Assembly (NCBI GenBank): GCA_937958645.1
Contig: CALGNI010000038.1
Span: 3,647-67,646 of the forward strand
DNA length: 64,000 nucleotides
Reading direction: 5' to 3'
DNA from: Candidatus Absconditabacterales bacterium
Lineage (GTDB): Bacteria > Patescibacteriota > Gracilibacteria > Absconditabacterales > Absconditicoccaceae
Below are positions 32,291 through 43,060 of the stretch, piece by piece. Numbering within the stretch: the stretch's first letter is position 1; each line of letters starts with the position of its first letter. The notes beneath the pieces are model-generated. The model was not told the origin of the DNA and did no database searches. It was given only the letters and a program-made list of their open reading frames with translations. A program made the translations under genes and the position numbers.

Positions 32291-33031
32291 GTACATTCAA
32301 TCAAAGAGTAGAGTCATTCAAAAAAGGCACACGTCGTCATCCAGAAGGAGGTACGACTGAAGGATCCAGTCATTTTGTAACCTTACTCCGATAATTGATA
32401 TATTTTAGAGGCAATGTCTTAAGACGATAGTAATTACCTCAGGTAAAAATTATTTATGCCTAGATTCCACGTCGCAAACGACCACTACTCACTTCGTTCG
32501 CAGGGTCTTATCCGACTCTGAATGACGAGCTTTAAATTTTAAACTTTACCTCTGGCTAGAACAAACAAAGCGTGAATAGCAAAGAAAAAGGTGCAACAAG
32601 CGAAGCAGAAACTTTTGTCATGACCAAAAACGAGATCAAATGAGGGGATGAAGAGAGACTATACCAATCCCAAGTGAAACTCATATGAATGGTTCATGAG
32701 ATCAGGGAAACGAGTATGTGATAGAACTTCATGCCGCGAAGATCCTGATGGATTTAGACTTATCCGCAAGCCAAGTGGAGGAGAACCAACCTTCGTAGAG
32801 ATAGGGAAGCAGAGTTGGGCGTATAGAAGGTATTTAAAGAGGGCGCATAGGATGTCGTTGAAGTAATTGATAATGGAAAATTGATTATTGAAAATAAATG
32901 GGTGCGAAAACACGGTAAACTACTATATGCAAAACGAAAAGATACATCAAGACGTCATCCCGTGTACACGGGATTCAGGATCTTCGGATCTATTCGTCGC
33001 AGAGCTCCTTATAGCTCTCGAATTCACCTGA

Positions 33032-33105
33032 AGGGGGGTGGTGTAATGGGAACACAGAGGTCTTCGGCACCTCGGTTATCAGTTCAAATCTGATCCTCTC
33101 TGCCA
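33032..33105 (+). tRNA. tRNA-Arg (anticodon UCG), CCA encoded
   Basis: Hand-folded cloverleaf: acceptor agggggg/cctctct (with G3.U70 and G5.U68), U8, D stem gtgt/acac with loop aatggga, anticodon stem gaggt/acctc with loop cTTCGgc, variable ggtt, T stem atcag/ctgat with loop ttcaaat, discriminator g, cca. Confidence 0.8.
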
Positions 33106-33161
33106 TTGACAATTTACATGAAAAGTATATAAAAATTAAGCTTTAGGGTTTAATTTTTTTT

Positions 33162-33782
33162 ATGTGAGAACGAGATAAATTATTACGTCATGATGACTAT
33201 GTAATTGAAGTTGAAGGTATATCAATCCTTATAAAGGATAAGGTATTTAGCCCAGATCCAAGAATTACTCAATCATCCAATATGCTTTTGAAGCATTTGC
33301 CTAATGTTAGCTGAAAAGAAGTATTAGATATTTGATGTTGAACAGGAATAGTTTGACTAACTGCTGCCAAGAAAGGAGCTAAGAGAGTTGTGTGTAGTGA
33401 TGTAGATATGCATGCTATTCTCAATGCGAAGGAAAATGTAGCTTCTAATAATTTACAAAATAATATTGAGGTTTTACAATCCAACTTATTTGATGCTTTA
33501 GATTGAAAATTTGATTATATCTTTGCTAATCTTCCAATATTGGATGAAGTTTGGAATTCGAATGTTCAAAAAAATAATTCTACTTCAACTCTGATTCAGA
33601 GATTTCTTAGAGAAAAAAGTAAGTATCTTTCAAAGAATTGAAAAACTTATTTAACACGAGCATCATTTGCAGATATTGAGCCTTTATATTCATATTTTAA
33701 GAGTATGAAGCTTGATGTTAAGGAAATCAAAGAAACTAAAGCGTGATATGATCGATATATTTTCGAAATATTAAGTCACTAA
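33162..33782 (+). CDS. class I SAM-dependent methyltransferase (HemK/PrmC-like small MTase domain)
   Basis: Motif I 'VLDIGCGTGIVGL' (TGA at 33333 and 33339 are Gly), 'CSDVD', and an NPPY-like 'FANLPI'. 206 aa. Confidence 0.7.
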
Positions 33783-33886
33783 TTTTCTATCTAAGTGCAT
33801 TGATTTTATTTTGCTATTTTTTTGTGAATACATTGTGAAAATGCTTGATTACAGGAAAAATAAATATTGAAAATTAACCAAAGCAA

Positions 33887-33952
33887 GTCAATATCTACAT
33901 TACTAATATGCTGATGTAAGGAGTAAAGGAGAGTAGCATTCTCTCTGAATTT
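33887..33952 (+). repeat. roughly 65-nt structured direct repeat (copy 1)
   Basis: 'gtcaatatctacattactaatatgctgatgtaaggagtaaaggagagtagcattctctctgaatt'. Nearly identical to 35437-35500. Its first 16 nt also occur at about 6803-6820. Confidence 0.8.
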
Positions 33953-34132
33953 GATTATGAGACATATAGATTTTTAGAGATCTGGCTTTTCGGGGTGGGA
34001 TTTTTTTGTTTTGATAGATTTTGCCTATCTTAGAATTAGACTTGTAGTTACAAGATCTTGTTAATCTTTTAGTATTGACTATATATCAGAAGGCAAAGTT
34101 GTTTTTGGTTATATTTTATTTTAGTCATATTT

Positions 34133-35392
34133 ATGTCTCTTTTGAAAAGTGGATTTGCTATCATTCTTATTTTTACCTCCTTATCATTATGAGCTGCATT
34201 TGCTACATCCCATGATATTGAAGATCTATATATAGATGGAGAGTTAGTTCCTCAGAGTATTTTAGATACATTTGAACATATTAATCCATGACACTTAGAT
34301 GGAAATAGTTGAGTACAGAATTATGGTTACCGAAAAGATGAAAATAATGTATATATTCATGATGGTCACACTCAAGATTGATCCCCTCAATATTATACTT
34401 TACCAAATGTTGATCCAGATACGTTTGAAATCATAGAATTAGAAATAAAACCTGAAAATCTTTGGAGAGCATACTATGATATGTACACTACTTGGTGAGT
34501 GTCAATAGGATATACTAAAGATGCATCACACGTGTATTACAAAAACAAGCTTATTCCCAAAGCTGATCCATTGACTTATAAAACTCTTCTATGAGGGTAT
34601 TTTATAGACAAAGATAGCGTCTACTCTCATAATGATGATATGCCTAGCCGTCTAATACATGTAGATGTAGATACGTTTGAAGTGTTGTGAGTAGATGAAT
34701 TATGAGAAGAGTGGGAAACTTCGAGTTGGTTTTATGGTAAATATTATGCTCGTGATAAGAATAATTTATTCTACAAAGGAAATATTGTTCAATGAGCTGA
34801 TCCAGATGACTTTACAAAACTGAATGATTTTGGTTATTATGTTAGTAATGATTTTGTTTTGCACCACTGAAGGGTGATTCCTTGAGTTAGCGAATCAGAT
34901 TTTTCCACGCAAAACTACATAGTCCCTTTAGCTCCTGAGGAGCCTGTCAAAGGAACTTCTCCTGATGGAATTGCTTTGTCTCTTCCATGAGCCGATACTA
35001 CAAAAAACTATTGATTCTATGTCTTTAACAATAAGATATTCACGCCTCACTGAAAAGTTGTTAGCTTTCTTCATACAAACAAATTGAAACTTCATGAGCT
35101 ATGAATTACTGATGACAATATGTTTTATATTGAGTACTACCATACATATGGTCAATTTTCTTCTTATCGTGAACATTTTAAGATAAAGTTTCTTCCCAAA
35201 CATGCAGATGTGATTGATCTTTATATGAAAGAGAGTGTAGCATCTAGGATGACAGTGGAAACATTGGTAAAGAAACTTGAATTATATAAAGAAAGTAGAC
35301 CAGAGGACTATATGGAATGATGAACGAATGATGTACTAATATGGGCACTAGTAGATCATGTATTGGAAAATGGATATACGTATTATCAGTAG
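34133..35392 (+). CDS. DKNYY-domain secreted protein
   Basis: Signal peptide 'LLKSGFAIILIFTSLSLGAAFA'. Repeated 'D.SHVYYKNK', 'DKDSVYSH', 'DKNNLFYKGN' motifs. Track ORF 35120-35320 is in frame. TAG at 35390. Confidence 0.7.
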
Positions 35393-35436
35393 ATTTCTGA
35401 TTGAGATCTTTTTTTATGGCATAAATTATCTATGAA

Positions 35437-35500
35437 TCAGTATCTACATTACTAATATGCTGATGTAAGGAGTAAAGAAGAGAAGCATTCTCTTTGAGTT
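35437..35500 (+). repeat. roughly 65-nt structured direct repeat (copy 2)
   Basis: 'tcagtatctacattactaatatgctgatgtaaggagtaaagaagagaagcattctctttgagtt'. Its second hairpin differs from copy 1 by a compensatory G-C to A-T change. Confidence 0.8.
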
Positions 35501-35671
35501 CTTGCTTGAGAATAGTTCAATCGTTCTCTCTGCTTGTTGCATTATTTGTTGCATTCTCAATTTTTATCAGTATCATTAGAGCAGTTAAGAAATAAGCTCC
35601 CTTTGAAGCGAAAGTCGACTCCATGTCGTGTAGTGATTAAGTTCCACTACTAGCTCCTTAGGGGGCTTTTC

Positions 35672-36376
35672 TTATTGTTGAAATTCAGAGTTATCTCGAA
35701 GTACTAAGGTACTATGAATTTTTTCTTTAAGAAAATCTATATATCTAGGTTCATTCTTAGTGTGAGATCTTTGTATTCCTCGATTGATATAGTCACTAAC
35801 TTGCAAGCAAGGTTCATCAGATGGCATTTGTACACGCACCTCAAAGGGATACTGCTTATTGATATTCTGCATAGCTTTTTGAATACTATTTGTGAGAGCA
35901 ACTTGTTTACTTTTGTTTTGTCTTTTCTCAAAGCAAATAAGATTCTTCTCATTACTCAAGCATCCATGAGTATGCTCAAACAGTTCTTGAACAGTAGTAT
36001 TGTAGAACACCTCTGGCTTATTGTTGTGTTTAGATTTGAAGATAGCTTCGTCTTTGTGTACAATAATCGTATGAGCTTCAAAAGGGAGATCAATGAGTTT
36101 CTTGTAGAGTTTCTCTCTAACCTCAGGCACATCCTCAGAAGCATGAAAGACAAATCTTTCTCTTCTTTTTTCTACACTAGGTATTCAAGCAAGGTATGGG
36201 TCATTTAAGACTTCATCTCTAGCTTCTTGTATTGCTTTCCTAATTGTTTTGGGATCATCTGTGATAATCATGCATAGCTGAAGATAGGACGAGCATCAAT
36301 GCGTCCCTACGATGAGCTTCCCATATTTACTATAGAAAGTATTGTCTCAGCTTTCATCGATAAAAATATACTTCAC
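35672..36376 (-). CDS. DUF3800 domain protein
   Basis: N-terminus 'VKYIFIDESGDNTFY' (the DUF3800 signature), GTG start. Track ORF 35672-36130 extended through TGA. Contains an in-frame REP hairpin at 36287-36311. Confidence 0.7.
36287..36311 (-). repeat. REP hairpin with GTAG head inside the DUF3800 CDS
   Basis: Minus strand reads cGTAGGGACG-cattgatgc-tCGTCCT, translated as 'IVGTHGCSSY'. Confidence 0.55.
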
Positions 36377-36886
36377 AAGATATGTGTGGATAAAATGTAT
36401 ATAGCTCAACTATATATAAGTGAGAAATAAGACCAAGCACAATCTCAAACTTTATCATCAATTTGCATCTCATTTTCAGTTCCATATATGCATCTTACGA
36501 GAGTAGTGACGTGATCCATCTATTTTGAAAAAAATATGATCACATCTGCTAGTATCTACCTAGCTTCAAGATAGTACTTATCAGTTGGTACGGCAAATAT
36601 ATAAAATGTTTGGATCTTACGGAGTTGGATACTAGTGCAGTTAGTAAACTTCTTACAGACTACTTATACAGATTTCTTCGCTTTCCAACTGATGTTTTAG
36701 TGCAAGTAAAGCACTTGAATTGGTGCGAACATATTGCTTTTAACAGTTGTAATACGCTTTCTGAACTTAAGAAAATTGATGGTAAGCATATATGAAAATC
36801 TAGCCTGAGGGTTAGATTTTTTCTTTTATAAAAAAAACACCAAGGTAAACCTTGATGCTTATGCGACTTAAAGAAGCCACATGAAT

Positions 36887-37564
36887 TTAATGATAGAATT
36901 GTAGCTTAATCGCGGTCGGATCGAATCCAACAGTAATCTGCGGAGAGGCATAGCCAACTGCAGCAGTTGAACCATCCAAATAGATTGCATTGTTGCAGTC
37001 TTGTAATCGTAGAGCTTCACTAAGCTCATAAAAGGTAACGGGTTGATTTGATATAGCTACTACTAGTGAGCCATCATCTCGGTATCCAACTCCAGATCTA
37101 ATATATCTAGATGGATTGGACTTGTTGTGTAAGTTCTTTCCTTGGAGTACTAGGATCATCCCATTCTGAAACCCCCATAAGAGATATTCAGGTGTATGTA
37201 TCCAATCTTCATACCGTTGGAGGATCATCTTGCCTTGCTTTGTTAATCCAAATATTCCATTATCATTACTGAAGTTGCCAGGATAGTCACTTGGTTCTAC
37301 CCAAGGCTTTTTCTGTAAGGAAATACTGTAATACTTTTGAGTTTTTTTATTATAACGATGTTCTGTTACAACATAACCACCAACAGGTGTCCCATCTCCT
37401 ACAAACAATGGACCATTGACCACATAAGAGATATGCTTAGTGCAGTCCTGGAACTTACCAAATCCAATATCATAATTATTGTTTGGGTATAGGAAGGTAA
37501 AGTTCTGAGCGAAGGTACTTGAAAGTACACAAACGAAGGTAACTAATGTTAAGAAGTTTTTCAT
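36887..37564 (-). CDS. phosphodiester glycosidase family (DUF2233) secreted protein
   Basis: Intact track ORF. Signal peptide ends 'SSTFAQ'. 'RSGVGYRDDGSLVVA', 'AIYLDGSTAA'. No TGA among about 20 Gly codons. Confidence 0.7.
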   Translation of the reverse strand: MKNFLTLVTFVCVLSSTFAQNFTFLYPNNNYDIGFGKFQDCTKHISYVVNGPLFVGDGTPVGGYVVTEHRYNKKTQKYYSISLQKKPWVEPSDYPGNFSNDNGIFGLTKQGKMILQRYEDWIHTPEYLLWGFQNGMILVLQGKNLHNKSNPSRYIRSGVGYRDDGSLVVAISNQPVTFYELSEALRLQDCNNAIYLDGSTAAVGYASPQITVGFDPTAIKLQFYH

Positions 37565-38388
37565 ATTTTTAGTTTTATTTTTTATTAAGGTAATATATCT
37601 CTAATTCTCGAGAGTCCCTTATTGAACTCATCAGAGGTGTGCTCAAGTTCACGTAATTTTTTCAATTCTTCTCTTTGAGTAGTGTGATCTCAGACTGATC
37701 TAACTCTGGATTCTTTCCGAGCAATTTATGGAGTAAAGCTAATGTAAGTTCTGTGTTCTTCATATATATTTTTATATTTTGATACATTACTTATCAAATG
37801 AGGATCATGATTCGCATCACGATCTCTCATCATCAAAGGAGACTTTGACCTTACGCGATTTAGTCATTCATGTAGTTCGTTAAAGCAAGAGAGTACAACT
37901 GTACGTGTTACAAACTTGGCAACTACTTATAGCGGCCTACAACAACTAAATATTTTACTCGTCGTAGTTTGCTGGGATTATAAAAGATTCTGATACGATA
38001 GTATAGTGTATGCCTGTAATAGGGTCATACATATAGTATTGTGTCGCCTCTAAAATAATTTTTCGGTCATATCTCAATGGACCGCAACCCTTTTTCATTA
38101 TATACTGTTAAGGAGCATTTTCTTTGTTAGTATTGTTTATGGGAGAGGCGAGACAACTGTTTATCTACAGGATCGAATCCCCATGTATCTACATCTGTTG
38201 ATGAGAGAATGTGTTTATAGACATAAAAATATATAAGTCAACACACTAAGATCCTTGTGTGTTGTTAGAGATTTACAACAGCTTCGAGAAATAAGCGATA
38301 GAGAATCGTTATTATGTAATAACTTTTTGATGTGAGATGTTATCAGGATTGGTATAGAATAGACGCAATTATTGATCGAAATTGAAAA

Positions 38389-38415
38389 GCACTAGCGTTA
38401 GCTAGTGCTTTTTTT
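38389..38415. terminator. terminator hairpin
   Basis: gcactagc/gctagtgc stem followed by T7. Lies downstream of the minus-strand 38450-39910 gene, but the T-run is on the plus side. Confidence 0.6.
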
Positions 38416-38449
38416 GGTTTTTCAATAATGAAAAACACGCCTCGATTTC

Positions 38450-39910
38450 TTAGGAATCTGTGGTATTAATATAAACTTCAGGATAAATTTTTGATTGTGC
38501 AATAAATGAATTTTGACCTGTATCATCAATCACGATTTCTGCTGTCGCTCAAGCATAGTCATATTTACTCACTACTGGTCGAGTAATTCACAAAGATCTT
38601 AGATACTTCTTTTTTAGTTCAACATTTCATCAAGTCCATACGATAATCTCTTTTCATTCGGCTTCGTATTTTTTGAGGAGCTCAACGACCTTTGGTCTTA
38701 ATTTTTGCGTTCACTCTTTCCCAGAATGAATCCCTACATAATCAATCAGTGTACCATCTACATCTACATATACTCATTCTATTCTTTCTCATTTCATTAC
38801 TTCAGGTAGATCTAGATTAATATGTAGTATATAGTCCATCGCCTTATCAAATGTTTCGAGTCATGGAAAGAATTTTTGCACTTCTTTTAATCGTTCTACT
38901 TGTTCGCTTTCAGTCATATCATAAGGATCTTCTTTGTGTTGTAGAGTGTGACGAAACTTTCATATCCTTCTACCTGCTTCACTAGATATTAGAGCAGTTA
39001 AATTTTTTCACTTTTTATTTTCTATAGTTTTTTCTGCTCATCATATGTGTTTACTAGATAGAGATTCTTGTTTTAGATTATTTACAAGTAATTCATTCGG
39101 GTTAAATGGAAGTTGTTTAAGTTTGCTCTTAGGATAAGAGAGAAATAATTTAATTTGATCAGCTTTTTGGGGAGATAATTTCTTGATATTATCTAGTGTC
39201 AAAAACGACATAAGAACAATACTCTCTTTTTTATTTTTTGCAAGAAGTTCCAGTGCATCACTGAGTCAAGATAGATCCGTTCTACTTCATCAATCTTTTT
39301 TGTATTCACATATAATAAAGTGAGTATTTTTATATCTATGATCTATTTCCATATGTAGATTAGATAAATAGTCTTTTATATTCTCAGTCTCTTCATGAAA
39401 AGTGATTGAACTAAGTATCCTGTTATGACTATTCTCATTTATCTTTTCATGATCTGATTTCTTTGACATTAATTCCATTGGATTAAATGGAAGTTGGATA
39501 TACTCAGTGTTTGGATATGTAAGAAATAGCTTCATACTCTTTGAAGTTTTTGCTTGTTCATTCTCCATGAATTCTTGAGGAAAAAATCACATTAATACAA
39601 TTTTTTCATTTTCATTTTTAGCAAGTAATTCTAATGAATCATCAAGTCATTTCATGTCTAGTCTATTTCCTCAATGATGATCGTGTGTAGCATAAAGAAA
39701 ATGAGCATTCTTATATTTCTCACGGAAGTCTTTTCCTTTCAAATCGTCTTTATTTACATTGTTTCCAAACCAAACCTTCATATCTTGATCAAAGGTAATT
39801 GAATTCCAAATTGGCTTATCATTTAGAATCGAATAAATTTCATTTCTAGCAATTGCTAAATCTTCTTGGGAAGGGAACTTACATTCTCATCATGCAGGTG
39901 CTTCAGACAT
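38450..39910 (-). CDS. hypothetical protein: two tandem roughly 130-aa repeats plus a C-terminal HAD-like domain
   Basis: 1461-nt table-25 ORF. Repeats: 'HFLYATHDHHGGNRLDMKGLDDSLELLAKNENEKIVLMGF...LPFNPMELM' vs 'HFIICEYKKDGGSRTDLSGLSDALELLAKNKKESIVLMSF...LPFNPNELL'. HAD motif I 'VYVDVDGTLIDY', later 'IVWTGGN' and 'VIDD'. Confidence 0.6.
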
Positions 39911-40006
39911 AACAATGATGTGTAAAAAATAAAATCTAACTATAGCTCTAAATATTTTATTACCAATAGGGGGATTGGTTGTTCTGTTGTCATAAGATTA
40001 CAACTA

Positions 40007-40762
40007 TTATATTTCTTTTGTATGATTCCGAATAAATTCAAACAAACTATATATGCTTTGATACATATTTTGATTTTCAATTATAAGAACATGAGGAGTG
40101 TTAGATCAATCAAAAAACAAAAATGATATTTTATTTGGTCAGTAAAGATTTATATCAGCATTTATATCAAAGGGGAGTTTGTCGATAAGTTTAGATTCTC
40201 TGTTGTGTTCTTTATCTTTGTCTTTTAGTTCTTGAATATTGGTATTATGTTGCGACAATATCCTATATGTTTTCAATTTATTCTTTTTTCTGGCTCTTCT
40301 GTAAACTCATACATGCTGTAACAACTTCTCATCAAAGTACTTAGGCGTTCATAGAATTGATCTCATATCTACAGTGCTGTTAGCGAAATCTTGAAACAAC
40401 TTTTCTAATCAAGAAGATCATTCTAGGTAAGTAACTTTAGGTTTTGATCACTTGGTACTTGAGAGCTCCAGCAATAGAGGGACAATCTCTTTGAATCATT
40501 CGGTTTTGCTCTCAATGTGCTTGAGAAGCAACTCGGGAGATACCACAGAAAAAAATGAAATATCTTTTCTTTTTAATTCTTGAATGGTTCATTCTCAAGT
40601 TAGTTTTTTTAGTAGAGCATATACCGTGGTTCTTTTTTCTTCTGCATGTCTTGCGACCGTACTCGCTGGTGCACTTCACAATTCCAAAACTGTCAGGTAG
40701 ATCTTTGCCTCCTTTTCGCTCATTCATCGATCTTTTAGTGCTCAGATAAGGTTGTCTTGCAT
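40007..40762 (-). CDS. TrmB-family transcriptional regulator
   Basis: 'GMSEKEAKIYLTVLELGSAPASTVARHAEEKRTTVYALLKKLTGEGTIQE' is wHTH. The C-terminal domain is similar to 56332-57138 and 57547-58287. Track ORF 40512-40727 is an out-of-frame artefact. Confidence 0.7.
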
Positions 40763-40939
40763 GACTAAAGTGATGGTAAATACTTCACTAAGTATACCTG
40801 TATCTAGAAAAAATAGCAAAAAAACCATGGCCTGTTGCTATTTCCTAACAACACATACCACACTCAGGCTATTGACAAATTGATTTAAATAATTATTATA
40901 TAAACACTTCTCGATGTTGAGAAGTGCTAAAACAAAAAT

Positions 40940-41503
40940 ATGTTGCAAAATATCTTAAAAACCGCTTTCATTTGCTTTTTATCTCTTTCTTTCAGTTCTT
41001 TGTTTGCTCAAGATGAGCCAATCAACTTGACTGATATGCATCAACGAATACAAGAGTTGGAAAAGAAACTAGCTGAGAATGGAGATGAAACAGTAGCTGA
41101 AATTGAAATTGATGAAGGCTGGAAGATGAGTATCGGATTTACTTTAAGTCCATCATTCATCTACACTCTAGAGGATGATGCTCCGACACAGCTTGGGGCA
41201 CCATTGTTAGCTACCTTCTCTTTAGCTAAGGAGAAGTGGTTCATCGGGGCTTACTATAGCTTAGCGAGTAATGAGCCATCAATATTGGTGAATTATTCAC
41301 TAAATCCCAAGCTTGGTGTATATTACTTAGGGAGTATCAATCCAAAGATTGATCTGAAGTATAGTTCTATAGGTCTTACAACACCCTTAGGAAATGCGCT
41401 AGGATTTATCGAGGTGGGAAGGAATTTTGGCTCAGAAGCTTCAAGTACTAAACCTTACCTGGTTGGAGGAGTGTTAATCTTCTTCATGAAGGACTTAAAC
41501 TAA
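40940..41503 (+). CDS. hypothetical secreted protein (possible small beta-barrel)
   Basis: Intact track ORF. Signal peptide ends 'SSLFAQ'. Alternating hydrophobic pattern. No TGA. Confidence 0.55.
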   Translation: MLQNILKTAFICFLSLSFSSLFAQDEPINLTDMHQRIQELEKKLAENGDETVAEIEIDEGWKMSIGFTLSPSFIYTLEDDAPTQLGAPLLATFSLAKEKWFIGAYYSLASNEPSILVNYSLNPKLGVYYLGSINPKIDLKYSSIGLTTPLGNALGFIEVGRNFGSEASSTKPYLVGGVLIFFMKDLN

Positions 41504-41712
41504 AAATTATCTTAACAAGGCGCGCCAGAAGCCAAAAAAAAGTCCCAAAGGCATGGGCGATTAAAAGTATGAGGAATTTAGTAAGAGATGTACTAGCTAT
41601 GTTTGACAAGCCGAATTACAAGAAACTGCAAGAGCAGAAAGCATTTAAGAAGAAATTAGATGATTTCAAAAACTTGCTAGATGACTAAGTATTCTCTAGT
41701 CACTATAAGTGA

Positions 41713-42774
41713 TTACAAATTCTCAAACTTTTCCCTCAACTCATCTTTTTGAAAAAAATCTAATTTAGAGATGAAGTGCAAGGCTGCATCGAGTCTTTTT
41801 CTGTTTTTTGCAAATTTGTTCTTATGTACTAGTACTTCGATATATCACCAAAGTTCTTCTTGTGATGAAATATGTTCCTTCACAAATTTTTGGAGTAAGA
41901 TAGCTTCTCTAGCACTAGATTTGTTATTTGCGCGCAGGTAGAGCGTCTGAAAAGTGAACTTTTTGAGAGAAGGAGAAAGTGTTAAGTTGTTTTTCTTGAA
42001 TCCTTCCAAGATAAAGGTAGTGATTTCTGTCATGGTGTTTTTTGGTTTCAATGAAGCTACTTTTTCTCAAAGCAAAAATCGTTTATACATATTCTGTGAT
42101 CATGATTCAATTTGCTGTGATATTCAACTAATATGATGGAAGTCTGGATTACCAGGGATCTCATCCTTTAGTTTCTTTTTGAAGTTTCTTATTTTTAGGT
42201 CTTTTGATCCTTTTATTGCTGCAAATGCCGTTTCTCTCTCTATTTTGGATTCACTTTGAATGTCCAAAGTACTGATGTCAGGTCATCAAATTGTTTCTTC
42301 GTAGCTATAATTATCTAGAGTAGCTGCTATCTCATGTTTGTGATGGGTAGAAATTTCGTCTGCTGGTGTTGTTTGCATAGAATCCGTTCATTGTTTGTTA
42401 GTACTGATCTGAGTCGGAGAATCATGGAAGACAGCAACGATGCTATCGATAGCGATGATATTATTAATCACTCTTTCTTTCTCATTGAGTTCCTTGATGA
42501 GTGAATCAATAATTGTGGCTTTTAGCGTAGGTTTATTGTGTAGAACAATTGCTTTATTTAGAGTTTGTATGATTTCTTTGAGCATCTGAGCACTTATATG
42601 TGATCAGTTCTGTTCAATCAAAGAAAGAACGTCATCACGAAAAAACATTTCAACAACGAAGTTGCTAGCGTCCTTCATTGTATCCACAAGAAAATTCACT
42701 TGTGATTGAAGTTCTTCTGAGATGTTTTTTCACTCTTGTGGAGTGTTTAGTGGTGTTGGGGTTAGATTTTTCAT
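41713..42774 (-). CDS. hypothetical protein
   Basis: 1062-nt table-25 ORF that joins track ORFs 41845-42051 and 42388-42585 in frame. No family recognised. Confidence 0.5.
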
Positions 42775-43011
42775 AGTAGTAATTTATTTATTCTACTGCT
42801 GTTGTCAATATTAATTCTGCTTTTATTTACTTATCCCTTTATTTGAGCTTCGAAATACACGCTAACTATTAGCCCTTGAAATCACCCCCATTATTCATTA
42901 TCAACAAGACATGAATATGCTGATCTGCAAAAAATCTGCAAAACCTTGTAAGCCACATTGTGGTAGGTTTTTGTAGGCAATAAAGAATACATCTTATTAG
43001 CTCTATCAAAT

Positions 43012-43042
43012 CAACCTATCCATAGCGGAGGTTGTTTTTTTT
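43012..43042 (+). promoter_or_regulatory. terminator-like hairpin in the 5' leader of the decarboxylase gene (candidate attenuator/riboswitch platform)
   Basis: caacct/aggttg stem followed by T8, ending 19 nt before ATG 43061. The nearest upstream gene is divergent, so there is no upstream plus-strand gene to terminate. Confidence 0.45.
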
Positions 43043-43060
43043 ATGTTTTGATTTTTTATT

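Noticed and set aside
32640-33105. tmRNA (5' 'ggggatg...' paired with the 3' T-arm/acceptor/CCA)
   Set aside because: The 3' 74 nt form a complete cloverleaf with D and anticodon arms. The acceptor pairs better with the adjacent 'agggggg'. No resume codon or tag ORF ending in Ala-Ala was found.
35714-36208. 164-aa plus-strand ORF
   Set aside because: It lies antisense to the DUF3800 gene, whose N-terminal 'YIFIDESG' signature fixes the strand.
36610-36834. Small ORFs at 36610-36834(+), 37575-37763(-), 37955-38098(-) and 41569-41688(+)
   Set aside because: They are open under table 25, but they are short, lack recognisable motifs and show no clear translation signals. The support is not enough to report them as features.
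38150-38200. tRNA-like 'ggatcgaatcc' segment
   Set aside because: It is a 4-bp palindrome with a 3-nt loop, not a T-arm. No acceptor, D or anticodon arms could be built on either strand.
40512-40727. 71-aa basic and Cys-containing ORF (looked like a zinc-ribbon/HNH fragment)
   Set aside because: It is out of frame within the TrmB regulator gene. The +1 frame gives a full-length wHTH plus effector domain homologous to the two other TrmB paralogues.
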